DNA of 64,000 bases from Candidatus Nanopelagicus sp. (GTDB taxonomy: Bacteria > Actinomycetota > Actinomycetes > Nanopelagicales > Nanopelagicaceae). This document shows, one piece after another, positions 39,443 through 50,890 of the stretch; position 1 is the first letter of the stretch, and the number at the start of each line of letters is the position of its first letter. The stretch covers positions 11,484-75,483 of the forward strand of contig JBILCN010000001.1 in the NCBI GenBank assembly GCA_044353095.1, read 5' to 3'. Position numbers and translations under genes: made by a program. The notes under the pieces are model-generated. The model did not search any database, had not been told where the DNA came from, and saw only the letters and a list, made by a program, of their open reading frames with translations.

Positions 39443-40525
39443 ATGGCATCAGTTGTCTTTGATAAGGCATCCCGTATCTACCCAGGAACTACAAAACCTG
39501 CAGTAGATAAATTAGATCTCACTGTAAATGATGGTGAGTTCTTAGTTCTAGTTGGTCCATCTGGTTGCGGTAAGTCAACATCACTTCGTATGTTGGCCGG
39601 ATTAGAAGAGATTGATACTGGATCAATTCGCATTGGCGATAAGGATGTAACAAATGTTGCACCTAAAGATCGTGATATTGCGATGGTATTCCAGTCCTAC
39701 GCACTTTATCCTCACATGTCAGTTGCCGAGAACATGGGCTTCGCACTAAAGATTGCTGGCATTGATAAGGCAGAGCGTGATCGTCGCGTAACTGAAGCGG
39801 CAAAATTATTGGATCTAGTTGATTACTTAGATCGCAAACCAAAAGCGTTATCAGGCGGACAACGTCAACGTGTTGCAATGGGTCGTGCGATTGTTCGCGA
39901 GCCACAGGTCTTCTTAATGGATGAGCCATTATCAAACCTTGATGCAAAGTTACGTGTTGCTACACGTACTCAGATTGCAGCTCTACAACGTCGTTTAGGT
40001 ATTACAACTGTTTATGTAACACATGATCAGGTTGAAGCTATGACCATGGGAGATCGCGTAGCAGTTCTTAAAGATGGTTTACTACAACAAGTAGATACGC
40101 CACGCAATCTTTACGAAAAGCCACAAAATGCTTTCGTTGCTGGCTTTATTGGTTCACCAGCTATGAATCTACTTACTGCACCAGTATCAGGTGGCAAAGC
40201 GATGCTTGGCGGACTTGGAATTGCAGTTCCAGCAAGTGCTAGCGCAGCTATCACGGTCGGTGTTCGTCCAGAAGGTTTCTCACCATCATCAACTGGTTTT
40301 GAAGTTGCAGTTGAAGTTGTTGAAGAGCTTGGCGCAGATGCATTTGTTTACGGAAAGCCAGTTGATAAGGCGTTGAAGTTTGCAAATGCTAGCGAGGAGC
40401 TTGGTCAAGTAATTGTTCGTTGGGATCCAAAGAGCCCACCTAAGGTTGGACAAACTGTAACTGTTACAGCAAACCCAGATGCAGTTCACTTATTTGATGC
40501 TAATTCAGGCAAGCGCCTAAATTAA
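39443..40525 (+). CDS. msiK: MsiK/UgpC-type shared sugar ABC ATPase
   Basis: GPSGCGKST, AMVFQSYALYPHM, LSGGQRQRVAMGRA, DEPLSNLDAK, C-terminal TOBE. No cognate permeases adjacent. Confidence 0.88.
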   Translation: MASVVFDKASRIYPGTTKPAVDKLDLTVNDGEFLVLVGPSGCGKSTSLRMLAGLEEIDTGSIRIGDKDVTNVAPKDRDIAMVFQSYALYPHMSVAENMGFALKIAGIDKAERDRRVTEAAKLLDLVDYLDRKPKALSGGQRQRVAMGRAIVREPQVFLMDEPLSNLDAKLRVATRTQIAALQRRLGITTVYVTHDQVEAMTMGDRVAVLKDGLLQQVDTPRNLYEKPQNAFVAGFIGSPAMNLLTAPVSGGKAMLGGLGIAVPASASAAITVGVRPEGFSPSSTGFEVAVEVVEELGADAFVYGKPVDKALKFANASEELGQVIVRWDPKSPPKVGQTVTVTANPDAVHLFDANSGKRLN

Positions 40526-40534
40526 GTAAAGATT

Positions 40535-40569
40535 AAAAAAGGCCCACTCAAACCGAGTGGGCCTTTTTT
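40535..40569. terminator. Bidirectional intrinsic terminator between msiK and icd
   Basis: AAAAAA-GGCCCACTC-aaacc-GAGTGGGCC-TTTTTT. Confidence 0.9.
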
Positions 40570-40595
40570 ATTTAATTAATTTAGTGTTAAAAAAA

Positions 40596-41810
40596 TTAAG
40601 CCATTGCCTTCTTTAAGTTCTCATCAATTGAAGCTAGGAACTCTTGAGTGTTTTGCCAAGGCGCATCATTGCTAATTAGAAGTGCAAGATCCTTTGTCAT
40701 CTTGCCACTTTCAACTGTTTCAATACAGATTCGCTCTAGGCTCTTTGCAAACTCTGCAACCTTTGGCGTGTTATCTAATTTGGCGCGATGTTCTAATCCT
40801 TGTGTCCATGCAAAGATGGATGCAATTGGATTTGTTGATGTGGCTTTACCAGCTTGGTGATCACGGAAGTGGCGCGTAACTGTCCCGTGTGCAGCTTCTG
40901 CTTCAACGGTACGACCATCTGGTGATAACAAAACTGAGGTCATTAAACCAAGTGAGCCATAACCTTGTGCCACCGTATCTGATTGCACATCGCCATCATA
41001 ATTTTTACAAGCCCAGATGTAGCCGCCCTCCCAACGAAGTGAGGTAGCAACCATGTCATCAATTAATCGGTGGTCGTACTCAAGATTTGCTTTTTCAAAT
41101 TGAGTTTTAAACTCCTTCTCAAATACTTCAGCAAAGATATCTTTGAAGCGACCATCGTATGCTTTAAGAATTGTGTTCTTAGTTGATAAGAAGACAGGGT
41201 AATTTCTAGCCAAACCATAATTAAATGAGGCACGCGCAAAGTCACGAATAGAATCATCTAAGTTGTACATTGCCATCGCCACACCTGATGATGGAAAATC
41301 AAAGACATTAAACTCCATTGGCTTTGAGCCATCTGTTGGTGTGAAAGTAACAGTTAACTTTCCTGGGCCAGGTACTAGAAAATCTGTTGCCTTATATTGA
41401 TCACCAAAGGCGTGACGACCAATCACAATTGGTTTAGTCCAGTGTGGAATTAACCTTGGTACATTTTTAATGATAATTGGTTCGCGGAAAATTACGCCAC
41501 CTAAAATATTGCGAATTGTGCCATTTGGAGATTTCCACATTTGCTTTAAATTGAACTCTTTCACGCGAGCTTCATCAGGGGTAATAGTTGCGCACTTAAC
41601 TCCAACACCATGCTTTTGAATAGCGCGCGCTGAATCAATAGTTACTTGATCATTTGTAGCATCACGGTGCTCGATACCAAGATCGTAATACTCAAGATTT
41701 ACATCCAGATAAGGCAGAATTAATGAGTCTTTAATAAATTTCCAGATAATTCTGGTCATTTCATCGCCATCTAACTCAACAACGGTGCCTTCGACCTTGA
41801 TCTTATTCAT
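40596..41810 (-). CDS. icd: NADP-dependent isocitrate dehydrogenase
   Basis: [54 protein letters not shown]. Confidence 0.96.
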   Translation of the reverse strand: MNKIKVEGTVVELDGDEMTRIIWKFIKDSLILPYLDVNLEYYDLGIEHRDATNDQVTIDSARAIQKHGVGVKCATITPDEARVKEFNLKQMWKSPNGTIRNILGGVIFREPIIIKNVPRLIPHWTKPIVIGRHAFGDQYKATDFLVPGPGKLTVTFTPTDGSKPMEFNVFDFPSSGVAMAMYNLDDSIRDFARASFNYGLARNYPVFLSTKNTILKAYDGRFKDIFAEVFEKEFKTQFEKANLEYDHRLIDDMVATSLRWEGGYIWACKNYDGDVQSDTVAQGYGSLGLMTSVLLSPDGRTVEAEAAHGTVTRHFRDHQAGKATSTNPIASIFAWTQGLEHRAKLDNTPKVAEFAKSLERICIETVESGKMTKDLALLISNDAPWQNTQEFLASIDENLKKAMA

Positions 41811-41854
41811 CTATTCCCTTTTCTCTAATTAGCTTACTTTTTAAAGATTAACTC

Positions 41855-42811
41855 TTAAAGACTCTGTACATCCGCCTGTTTAGCGCGTACTGCTTCAGCT
41901 GCCACCTTTAGTGAAGCAAGTTCATCTGCAGTTAAGTTTGTCTCTACAACTTTGATTACACCGCTCTTACCAATTTGTGCTTCCACACCAAGGTATACGC
42001 CGCTGATTCCATACTGGCCATCAACCCAAGCACATACAGGCATTACCGCTTTTGAATCTTCAATTACCGCTTTTGCCATTCTGGCTGCGGCAGCTGATGG
42101 TGCGTAATAAGCAGAGCCAGTTTTTAATAGGCCAACAATTTCTGCGCCACCATTTCGAGTTCGATCTACAAGATCAGCAATCTCATCAGCTTTTAAAAAA
42201 TCTGAAAGTGGCTTGCCATTAACTGTGCATCGACTTGGAACTGGCACCATAGTTTCACCGTGTGAACCTAGGGTTAAAGTTTTTACCGCTGAAACTGGGA
42301 CGCCAACTTTCTCAGCTACGAAGTTAGTAAAACGAGCTGTGTCTAACATGCCAGCTTGTCCCATAACTCTATTTTGTGGAAAGTTAGTTGCAATCTGAGC
42401 TAACGCAGTCATCTCATCAAGCGGATTTGAAACCACAATGATTACTGCATTTGGTGAATGCTTTGCAATATTTTCAGCAACGCCTCGAACAATTCCTGCG
42501 TTCACGCCAATTAAATCCATTCGGCTCATGCCTGGCTTGCGTGGTAGTCCAGCTGTAATCACAACAACATCGGAGTTTGCAGTTTTCTCATAGCCGCCAC
42601 CTTCGGCGGTAGTAGTTGCACCAATAACTTTTGTTTCAAATCCTTCAACAGAACGGGATTGATTAATATCTAATGCCAAGCCTTCAGGCTTTCCTTCAAC
42701 AATGTCAGTTAAAACTACTGTTTCAAATATGTTGTACTCGGCTAATCGAAGGGCGGTAGTTGATCCGTAAAATCCAGCGCCAACAACAGTTACTTTTCCA
42801 GATCTGCTCAT
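41855..42811 (-). CDS. mdh: Malate dehydrogenase (LDH-like type)
   Basis: GAGFYG, TAGLPRKPGMSRMDL..VN, VSNPLD, LDTARF, GSHG. Confidence 0.93.
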   Translation of the reverse strand: MSRSGKVTVVGAGFYGSTTALRLAEYNIFETVVLTDIVEGKPEGLALDINQSRSVEGFETKVIGATTTAEGGGYEKTANSDVVVITAGLPRKPGMSRMDLIGVNAGIVRGVAENIAKHSPNAVIIVVSNPLDEMTALAQIATNFPQNRVMGQAGMLDTARFTNFVAEKVGVPVSAVKTLTLGSHGETMVPVPSRCTVNGKPLSDFLKADEIADLVDRTRNGGAEIVGLLKTGSAYYAPSAAAARMAKAVIEDSKAVMPVCAWVDGQYGISGVYLGVEAQIGKSGVIKVVETNLTADELASLKVAAEAVRAKQADVQSL

Positions 42812-42837
42812 TTAATCTCCTATGTTCGGGCGCAATA

Positions 42838-43083
42838 TTACCGAGCATCTGGCAGTGATAATGCCAAGATAAAAAGCAGTGCGCAGATCGTGATCGGTAA
42901 AACTAGCTCGATTCCACGCTTAACCTGAGATTGCGAGTATCTGGCCAAGATAAAAATGCTGGCACTCAGGGAAATGATGATTGATCCAGTTCGAACAGCA
43001 CCACTAATTCCAATCACAACACCAATTACAACAGCGATTAAAGCAAACCTGCGGATCTGATCTAATGTAAAACTCTCTCTCAT
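42838..43083 (-). CDS. Small membrane protein (DUF3017-like by synteny)
   Basis: Three hydrophobic helices; ATGA overlap with the folD stop. Confidence 0.55.
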   Translation of the reverse strand: MRESFTLDQIRRFALIAVVIGVVIGISGAVRTGSIIISLSASIFILARYSQSQVKRGIELVLPITICALLFILALSLPDAR

Positions 43084-43913
43084 GCCTGCGCCAACTCAAG
43101 TAAATTACTTAACAACATTGCTCTAGTCATTGGACCTACTCCACCTGGCATAGGCGCAAAGTATCCAGCTACCGATGTAATTGCTGGATCAACATCTCCT
43201 AGCAACTGTGACTCAATTCTGGTGATTCCTACATCAATAACAACAGCGCCAGCTTTAATCATTTGCGGTTTTATAAAATGTGCTTTTCCAATCGCAGCAA
43301 TTATTACATCCGCACTCTTTAATATCTCATCTAAATTTGTAGTTGCTGTGTGTGCCAATGTGACAGTTGCATTAACTGATTTTTGGGATAGCAAAATTGA
43401 AAGTGGTCTACCGACGGTAGTACCGCGACCAATAATTAATACAGATTTTCCACTTAAGTTAATTTGATACTCATTTAATAATCTAAGAATTGCTTTTGGT
43501 GTGCATGGCACAATGGTTTTCGAATCCAATACCAACTTGCCTAAATTATTAGGGTGTAAACCATCGGCATCTTTCTTTGGATCAACCGCTGCTAAAACTT
43601 TTTGTGCATCAACACCTGCTGGTAGTGGCAGTTGGACAATAAAACCAGTGCAATTGGCATCATTATTTAATTGAGCTACCGCCGCTAATATCTCATTTTC
43701 ACTGGCAGTTGCCGGCAAATCTATTCGAATTGAAGCGATTCCAACCTCTGCACAATCACGATGCTTACCAGCAACATATGAGAGTGAACCTGGATCGGTA
43801 CCTACCAAGATGGTGCCCAAGCCTGGCGGCCGCGATAATTTCTTAACCTTTGCCGCAATCTCAGATTTAATCTTAAGTGCTAAAGCTTTGCCATCTAATA
43901 TTTGCGCACTCAT
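43080..43913 (-). CDS. folD: Methylene-THF dehydrogenase/cyclohydrolase
   Basis: LDGK, YV.GKH, VQLPLP, KDADG.HP, PCTP, GRG..VGRP, PGGVGPMT. Confidence 0.95.
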   Translation of the reverse strand: MSAQILDGKALALKIKSEIAAKVKKLSRPPGLGTILVGTDPGSLSYVAGKHRDCAEVGIASIRIDLPATASENEILAAVAQLNNDANCTGFIVQLPLPAGVDAQKVLAAVDPKKDADGLHPNNLGKLVLDSKTIVPCTPKAILRLLNEYQINLSGKSVLIIGRGTTVGRPLSILLSQKSVNATVTLAHTATTNLDEILKSADVIIAAIGKAHFIKPQMIKAGAVVIDVGITRIESQLLGDVDPAITSVAGYFAPMPGGVGPMTRAMLLSNLLELAQA

Positions 43914-45004
43914 GAGGCAACTCTACCTTTACTACTAAGAGAGCTGATTAATTTTGGCAAGAGAATTTGAAGCAATAAAACAAGTATTAATTGAGCGGTG
44001 ATTATTAGGCAGGCAGCAGCAATATTTACGCCAACTGGTGACATATTTGCTGTTATTAATGATCCAGAACTGAGTACGCCCAATGCAGCGAAGCCACCGA
44101 TTGAGATTACTAGAAAGCGCAAAATGCTCTGTCGCTTAATCTTTATAAAAGCTGTTGACTTTAATAGGTACTTAAAATTTAGCCAGCCAAAAATAAAGAT
44201 CATCAAGGTTGGAGCAATCAACCATGGCATCTGACCAGTTGGTAGGGCTGCTAATACTGGAACTGCTGGAATCTCGCGGAGATTGAAACTCAATGGTGAG
44301 ATCTCAGTATTTGAGCCCAAAAAGATTCCGGCGCCAAAGATGTAACTTAAGGTTGCAATAAAGATATTTGGTAAGTACGCCAATTGCAAAAGTAATAGTA
44401 GCGCTCCACCAATTATGCCTGGTTGCAGTACAACAGTTAAATTTTTTGCAGTTTCAAAGTTAATTGCTAATGCGGTTGTAAAAATCAGTCCGGCAATACC
44501 GAGCATGATCAAGAAAAGATTAAAAGGAAGATGTAAAGCCTTAGTTGCTTTTAAGGAGAAGATGGCTAAAACAAGAATTACAACAACTGTGGCTGGTCCC
44601 CGTTTCCAATCAATACTGGCTTGTGCATTTCCGGCGACCAGTGCCAATCCGCAGTAAATAATTAAGTACCATAGTAAAAAATATGTTCTGGTGGATTTTG
44701 CATCACCAACTCTTTCAACAGATCGCCGATACCCAATTCGAATTGCAAGCACTGGCAAAAGCAGAGCGCCTAATGGCAACAATGAAAGGTAGCCAGTTAT
44801 GGCTTCACCTGAAATATTAAATGGTGTGAGATGGGCGCCAAGCCAGAGCCAGAGCGCGGCTCGAATTGGATCCGATGTACTTCCTGAAGTGCTGCCAGCA
44901 GTTGCCCAAGCAAACAAAGTAATGAAAGCGAGTGGAAATAAAATTAAAGTGATTGATCTGATTACCTGTTGTAGCGTTACCGTAATTGCACGCGCTACCA
45001 ACAT
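43910..45004 (-). CDS. DUF6350/PerM-like multi-pass membrane protein
   Basis: A.LWL.AH..P, L.PLG..L, Q..YLPN......SY..G.G..LG, P.VPVLAALP. This gene normally precedes purN. Confidence 0.7.
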   Translation of the reverse strand: MLVARAITVTLQQVIRSITLILFPLAFITLFAWATAGSTSGSTSDPIRAALWLWLGAHLTPFNISGEAITGYLSLLPLGALLLPVLAIRIGYRRSVERVGDAKSTRTYFLLWYLIIYCGLALVAGNAQASIDWKRGPATVVVILVLAIFSLKATKALHLPFNLFLIMLGIAGLIFTTALAINFETAKNLTVVLQPGIIGGALLLLLQLAYLPNIFIATLSYIFGAGIFLGSNTEISPLSFNLREIPAVPVLAALPTGQMPWLIAPTLMIFIFGWLNFKYLLKSTAFIKIKRQSILRFLVISIGGFAALGVLSSGSLITANMSPVGVNIAAACLIITAQLILVLLLQILLPKLISSLSSKGRVAS

Positions 45005-45024
45005 TGAGTTCCTATCTGCTTTAG

Positions 45025-45906
45025 CTACCCGTTCAAAATCTTGCGCATCAAGTTAGCGGTTTCACTTGGTGTTTTACCAACCGCAACACCGACCGCCTCT
45101 AAAGCTTCTTTCTTTGCCGCTGCAGTTCCAGATGATCCTGAAACAATTGCGCCAGCATGTCCCATTGTTTTGCCCTCTGGAGCGGTAAATCCAGCAACAT
45201 AACCAACTACAGGTTTTGTTACATACTCTTTAATAAATGCAGCTGCTCGCTCTTCAGCATCGCCACCGATCTCACCGATCATCACAATCGCCTCTGTCTC
45301 GGGATCATCCTGAAATGCGCGTAAGCAATCAATGTGTGTTGTTCCAATAATTGGATCGCCACCAATTCCAACCGCAGTCGTGAATCCAAAATCACGTAAT
45401 TCATACATCATCTGATAGGTCAATGTGCCAGATTTAGAAACTAATCCAATCTTGCCAGGGCCAGTGATATCAGATGGAATAATTCCAATGTTTGATTTTC
45501 CAGGACTAATAATTCCTGGACAGTTAGGACCTAAAATTCGAGTTGTGCCTTTACTCTCTGCATAGGCATAAAAAGCTGCGGCATCGTGAACCGGAATTCC
45601 CTCAGTTATTACAACTACAAATGGCATCTTTGCATCTACAGCATCAATTACCGCAGCCTTTGCAAATTTAGGTGGCACAAAAACAACAGATGCATTTGCA
45701 CCAGTTGCCGCCATTGCTTCAGCTACTGAATTAAAGACCGGGATTTGTACGCCATCCATATCAACTGATTGACCACCTTTTCCAGGTGTTACACCGCCAA
45801 CAATTTTGGTACCTGCTTTTAGCATGCGCTTAGTGTGTTTAGTACCTTCAGAGCCAGTCATGCCCTGCACAAGGACTTTGCTATTTTCGTTAATAAAAAT
45901 TGCCAT
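45025..45906 (-). CDS. sucD: Succinyl-CoA ligase alpha subunit
   Basis: [33 protein letters not shown]. Confidence 0.96.
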   Translation of the reverse strand: MAIFINENSKVLVQGMTGSEGTKHTKRMLKAGTKIVGGVTPGKGGQSVDMDGVQIPVFNSVAEAMAATGANASVVFVPPKFAKAAVIDAVDAKMPFVVVITEGIPVHDAAAFYAYAESKGTTRILGPNCPGIISPGKSNIGIIPSDITGPGKIGLVSKSGTLTYQMMYELRDFGFTTAVGIGGDPIIGTTHIDCLRAFQDDPETEAIVMIGEIGGDAEERAAAFIKEYVTKPVVGYVAGFTAPEGKTMGHAGAIVSGSSGTAAAKKEALEAVGVAVGKTPSETANLMRKILNG

Positions 45907-47066
45907 TATTTGGCCGCCAACTCTGCCGCTTTTGCAGCTGCGCCATCCATGGTGTCTAATTGTTGAACAAGTGGGTGCGCTGCATCATTAAGAATCTTGC
46001 GTCCTTCAATCACATTATTACCATCGAGTCGAACCACAATTGGTTTAGTTGCTTTGCTTCCTAAAATTTCTAATGCTGCCACGATGCCATTTGCAACTGC
46101 ATCACATGCAGTTATGCCACCAAATACATTAACAAATACGCTGCGCACATCGGGGTCACCCAAGATGATTGATAATCCATTTGCCATTACTTCAGCTGAT
46201 GCGCCGCCTCCAATATCTAGGAAGTTAGCGGGCTTTACGCCGTACTTCTCGCCAGCATAGGCAACTACATCTAGAGTGCTCATTACTAGGCCTGCACCAT
46301 TTCCAATGATGCCAACTTCACCATCTAACTTCACATAATTTAAGTTTTTCTCTTTTGCTAAAGCTTCAAGTGGATTTGTAGATGCATGATCAACTAGTGA
46401 TTCATGTTTTGGTTGTCTAAAATCCGCATTCTCATCCAATGTAACTTTGCCATCAAGGGCTACTACTTTGCCATCCTGCGTTTTAACGAGTGGATTGATC
46501 TCCATCAATGTTGCATCTTCAGCAACAAATGCTGCCCATAATTTCACCAAGACATTAGCTACTTGCTCCTGCACATCGGCTGGAAATTGGCCGCTCTTTG
46601 CAATCTCTAATGCTTTTGCTTTGCTAACTCCTTGATTTGGATCAATTCCAACTCGGGCCAACTTCTCTGGCGTCTTATGTGCAACCTCTTCAATTTCCAT
46701 TCCACCAGCAACTGATGCCATTACTAAAAAGTTTCGATTAGCACGATCTAATAAAATTGCCATGTAGTACTCAGCAGCAATCGGTGCGGCTTGAGCGATC
46801 ATCACTTGATGAACAGTGTGACCCTTAATGTCCATTCCCAAAATTGCTTTTGCTTTCTCTTTTGCATCGGCTGCATTTTCAGCAAGCTTTACACCGCCCG
46901 CTTTACCGCGGCCACCAATCTTTACTTGCGCTTTAACAACAACTTTGCCACCCATTTTTGCTGCAGCTGCTTCAGCTGCTTCTGGGGTTTCGGCAACAGC
47001 GCCGGCCAATACCGGAATTTGATGGGCTTCAAATAAATCGCGCGCTTGGTACTCAAATAAATCCAC
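45906..47066 (-). CDS. sucC: Succinyl-CoA ligase beta subunit
   Basis: [52 protein letters not shown]6-GTG upstream. Confidence 0.96.
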   Translation of the reverse strand: MDLFEYQARDLFEAHQIPVLAGAVAETPEAAEAAAAKMGGKVVVKAQVKIGGRGKAGGVKLAENAADAKEKAKAILGMDIKGHTVHQVMIAQAAPIAAEYYMAILLDRANRNFLVMASVAGGMEIEEVAHKTPEKLARVGIDPNQGVSKAKALEIAKSGQFPADVQEQVANVLVKLWAAFVAEDATLMEINPLVKTQDGKVVALDGKVTLDENADFRQPKHESLVDHASTNPLEALAKEKNLNYVKLDGEVGIIGNGAGLVMSTLDVVAYAGEKYGVKPANFLDIGGGASAEVMANGLSIILGDPDVRSVFVNVFGGITACDAVANGIVAALEILGSKATKPIVVRLDGNNVIEGRKILNDAAHPLVQQLDTMDGAAAKAAELAAK

Positions 47067-47096
47067 GGCGTGATCTTAATGAATAAAGTTAGATAT

Positions 47097-49343
47097 TTAT
47101 AATTTCTCGACTGGCGCATACCGAAGAAGTAAGCGTTTCTCACCGAATGAGCCAAAATCAATAGTTGCTTCGGCTCGATCACCTTCACCGGTAACAGCAA
47201 CAACTGTGCCTAAACCAAAAGTGTCATGAGACACTCGCTCACCAATTTCTAATTCCATTGTATTGCTAGAACTTTTTCCAGTTGCTCTTGGTGCTGCAAA
47301 ACTTCGATTTCTACTGATAGTACTTTTAATTGGTGAAGTTTTTTCAGCAACCTCGTTCCATTCAATAACTGAATCTGGAATCTCAGATAAAAATCTTGAG
47401 GCTGGGTTGTAATTTGGCGCACCCCATGCCGAGCGGTATTCCGCTCGAGTTATAAATAAATTCTCGCGCGCTCTTGTTAAGCCAACATAGGCAAGCCGCC
47501 GTTCCTCCTGCAGCTCCTCTGGATCACCAAGTGTTCGTGAGTGTGGAAAAACTCCTTCTTCCATGCCAGTTAAGAAAACAGTTGGAAACTCTAATCCCTT
47601 AGCAGTGTGCAGTGTCATCATTGTTACTACACCACCGTGATCCTCACCATCTGGTATTTGATCAGCATCTGCAACTAAAGAAACATCCTCGAGAAAGCCA
47701 AGCAGTGAATTCTCATCCCCTTCATCAACTTCACCCTCTTCATACTCAGTTGCAACAGCAACTAACTCTTCTAGGTTTTCTACTCGCACTTCATCTTGTG
47801 GATTAATACTTTCTGCAAGCTCTGTTAACAAACCAGATTGTTCAAGTACGGCTTGGGCAATTACAGATGGTCTTGTCTTGGCCTCTACTAATGTCTGTAA
47901 TGATTGAATCAACTTAACAAACTCAATAATTGATGCGCTAGCGCGGGCAGCAATCTCTTGATTTTTCTCAACTTCACAAAGTGATTGCCAGAAAGTTAGA
48001 TTGTGATTGATTGCATGTAGATCAATTAAATCTAAGGCACGATCTCCGATTCCCCGCTTTGGCGTATTGATAATGCGTCGCAGAGAAACTTCATCCTCAG
48101 GATTTACTAAAACTCGCAGGTAAGCTAGAAAATCCTTTACTTCGCGCCGTTCATAAAATCGAACGCCACCAACTACTTTGTACGCAAGTGAGCTGCGAAG
48201 AAATACCTCTTCAAATACTCGAGATTGTGCATTGGTTCGATAAAAAATTGCAGTATCACCCGGATTTGATCGACCGGCATCTCGCAGCTTTGCAATCTCA
48301 TTAACTACAAACTGCGCCTCATCATGTTCACTTTCTGCAACATAGCCAACAATGGTTGCACCAGCGCCTGCCTCAGACCAAAGATTCTTCTCCTTTCGAT
48401 TCTCATTATTGGAGATAACTGCATTTGCAGCGGAGAGAATATTTTGGGTGGAGCGATAATTTTGTTCAAGCAGAATAGTTTTTGCATCTGGGTAATCTGC
48501 TTCAAATTGCATGATGTTTCTAATATTCGCACCACGGAATGCATAAATAGATTGATCGGCATCTCCCACTACACAAAGTTCGGCTAGGGCAAATCCATCC
48601 CGAACATCTCCAACTAGCTCTTTAATCAATATGTACTGCGCATGGTTTGTATCCTGATACTCATCCACCAAAATATGCCGAAAGCGCGACCGGTACTTTG
48701 CTCTAGCCTCTGGATAACGTTGTAGCACCTCAACTGTTTTTGAGATTAAATCATCAAAATCCATAGAGTTGGCAGCGATTAGCCGTTTTTGATAGACGCT
48801 ATAAACATCTGCAACTATTTGATCAAATTGATTTTTACTTTGATTTAAAAAATCAGCTGGTCCCATTAACTCATTTTTGGCAGAGGAGATGATTGATTGA
48901 ACAGCGCGCGGTGCATATCGCTTTGCATCTAAATTCATATCGCGCATAACTAGAGTAATTAATCGCAATGAATCACTTTGATCATAAATAGTAAATGAGT
49001 TTGAGTAACCAAGAAGCTGCGCCTCTTTACGCAAAATCCGCACACATGCTGAGTGGAAGGTTGATACCCACATACTTCTAGCGCGATCACCAACCAGTTC
49101 TGCTACTCGCTCCTTCATCTCACCAGCTGCTTTATTAGTAAATGTAATTGCCAGAACTTCATATGGCGCCACATTGCGCTCTGCTAGTAAGTATGCAATT
49201 CGACGGGTTAGCACTCTTGTTTTTCCAGATCCAGCGCCAGCTACAACCAATAAAGCAGAGCCGATATGAGTAACCGCTGCTAATTGTTGTGGATTTAAAC
49301 CGCCAGTTAAAGGTTGGATTAGCGGATCTGATTGTGCGGACAT
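47097..49343 (-). CDS. pcrA: ATP-dependent DNA helicase PcrA/UvrD
   Basis: AGAGSGKT, TFTNKAA, VDEYQDTN, GDADQSIY.FRGA, EQNYRS, TLHTAKGLEF, EERRL.YV. TAGGAT-N7-ATG supports start 49343. Confidence 0.95.
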   Translation of the reverse strand: MSAQSDPLIQPLTGGLNPQQLAAVTHIGSALLVVAGAGSGKTRVLTRRIAYLLAERNVAPYEVLAITFTNKAAGEMKERVAELVGDRARSMWVSTFHSACVRILRKEAQLLGYSNSFTIYDQSDSLRLITLVMRDMNLDAKRYAPRAVQSIISSAKNELMGPADFLNQSKNQFDQIVADVYSVYQKRLIAANSMDFDDLISKTVEVLQRYPEARAKYRSRFRHILVDEYQDTNHAQYILIKELVGDVRDGFALAELCVVGDADQSIYAFRGANIRNIMQFEADYPDAKTILLEQNYRSTQNILSAANAVISNNENRKEKNLWSEAGAGATIVGYVAESEHDEAQFVVNEIAKLRDAGRSNPGDTAIFYRTNAQSRVFEEVFLRSSLAYKVVGGVRFYERREVKDFLAYLRVLVNPEDEVSLRRIINTPKRGIGDRALDLIDLHAINHNLTFWQSLCEVEKNQEIAARASASIIEFVKLIQSLQTLVEAKTRPSVIAQAVLEQSGLLTELAESINPQDEVRVENLEELVAVATEYEEGEVDEGDENSLLGFLEDVSLVADADQIPDGEDHGGVVTMMTLHTAKGLEFPTVFLTGMEEGVFPHSRTLGDPEELQEERRLAYVGLTRARENLFITRAEYRSAWGAPNYNPASRFLSEIPDSVIEWNEVAEKTSPIKSTISRNRSFAAPRATGKSSSNTMELEIGERVSHDTFGLGTVVAVTGEGDRAEATIDFGSFGEKRLLLRYAPVEKL

Positions 49344-49399
49344 ATCCATAATCCTATCTTCGGTTCTGACACTTCAATGAGTGCGGTAATCTTTCGCAA

Positions 49400-50125
49400 A
49401 TGGAACCAATTGCCGATAGTGAGATTGAGCGAGTTTTAGTTGTAACCGCTCACCCAGATGATTGTGATTTTGGCGCAGCAGGAACTATTGCAAAGTGGAG
49501 CGCTGCTGGAATTAAGGTCTCCTACTGTATTTGTACAAATGGCGATCAAGGCGGGGAGGATCCATCCGTACCCCGGGAAGAGATGCCAAAAATTCGCCAG
49601 CGCGAACAACGTGATGCGGGCAAGGTCGTCGGAGTTGAAGATATAACCTTTTTAAATTACCGAGATGGTTGGTTGGTACCAACAATTGAATTGCGAAAAG
49701 ATATTGTTCGCCAGATTCGAATTACCCGGCCACAACGAATGTTAATTCAATCCCCTGATCGCAATTGGGATCGCTTATTTGCATCCCATCCAGATCACAT
49801 GGCAGCTGGTGAAGCAGCAATACAGGCGGTGTATCCAGACTCTCGAAATCCATTTGCATTTGAAGATTTACTTAAGGATGAAGGACTTGAGCCTTGGCGC
49901 GTCCAAGAGGTTTGGGTTATGTCTACTCAAAATCCAGATCATTATGTAGATATCACCGATGTTTTTGATAAAAAGATGAAGGCGTTAGATGCCCATGTAA
50001 GTCAGACTGCACACAATCCAAATTTAGAAAAGATGGTTCGCGAATGGGGCGAAAAAAATGCTGCTGCGAATAATCTAGCCGAAGGAAGTATTGCTGAAGT
50101 TTTTAAGATTATAAATACAAATTAA
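49400..50125 (+). CDS. PIG-L family deacetylase
   Basis: AHPDD.DFG..GT, TNGDQG, R.REQ, HPDH.AAG. Confidence 0.88.
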   Translation: MEPIADSEIERVLVVTAHPDDCDFGAAGTIAKWSAAGIKVSYCICTNGDQGGEDPSVPREEMPKIRQREQRDAGKVVGVEDITFLNYRDGWLVPTIELRKDIVRQIRITRPQRMLIQSPDRNWDRLFASHPDHMAAGEAAIQAVYPDSRNPFAFEDLLKDEGLEPWRVQEVWVMSTQNPDHYVDITDVFDKKMKALDAHVSQTAHNPNLEKMVREWGEKNAAANNLAEGSIAEVFKIINTN

Positions 50126-50808
50126 CGAACTGTTGCTTTTTCAATTGCAATTTTAACTTTAGGCCGACCAACCTCACCACCTTCAAGAGTGCCAGTCGCA
50201 ACTACCGCTTTTACAATCTCAAGTCCTTTAGTAACTCTGCCCCATACTGTGTAATAAGGATCAAGGGTTGTGTTCTCTGCCATGATGAAAAATTGAGAGC
50301 CGTTAGTGTTTGGACCAGAGTTAGCCATTGCAACTGTGCCAGCTGGATAATTACTCATAATAGGTTTTGGTAAATTCTCATCATTAAATTGAAAAGCTGG
50401 GCCGCCATATCCAGAATCGGTTGGATCACCGCATTGCAAAAGTGCAGCAGTTGTTGAGTTGATCATACGATGACAAATTGATTGGTCATAAAACCTTGCA
50501 CTTATTAAACCAGTTAGCATTGAGATTGTTATCGGTGCTTTTTTAGCAAATGTTTCAATCACAATATCGCCACAGTTAGTGGTGAATGTAATCACTCTAT
50601 TTTTATTAAACTTCTGTAATTTTGGGATCGTCACCTTAACTTCGCGATGTGCAACCGCAGTTGTAGGCTTGCAGGTAACTTTGACCTCTTTGTTATTTGC
50701 AACTGGCTTGGGTGTCGGCTTAGGTGCGGCAGTTGCAACATTTGCCAATAAGGAGGAGGCAAGAAATACCACAACACTTATTGCGGTAATTTTTCGAGGA
50801 AAATGCAT
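50122..50808 (-). CDS. Exported cyclophilin-type peptidyl-prolyl isomerase
   Basis: Signal peptide, then FYD...CHR, QCGDP...G.GGP, GTVAMANSGPNTNGSQFFI. Confidence 0.88.
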   Translation of the reverse strand: MHFPRKITAISVVVFLASSLLANVATAAPKPTPKPVANNKEVKVTCKPTTAVAHREVKVTIPKLQKFNKNRVITFTTNCGDIVIETFAKKAPITISMLTGLISARFYDQSICHRMINSTTAALLQCGDPTDSGYGGPAFQFNDENLPKPIMSNYPAGTVAMANSGPNTNGSQFFIMAENTTLDPYYTVWGRVTKGLEIVKAVVATGTLEGGEVGRPKVKIAIEKATVR

Positions 50809-50890
50809 AGGTAAAGTTTAAGTGAAATTTTTATATAAATTACCAAACTGCCGCTATAAAGGCGTATCCAAGCAATACTTTAAGTTGGTT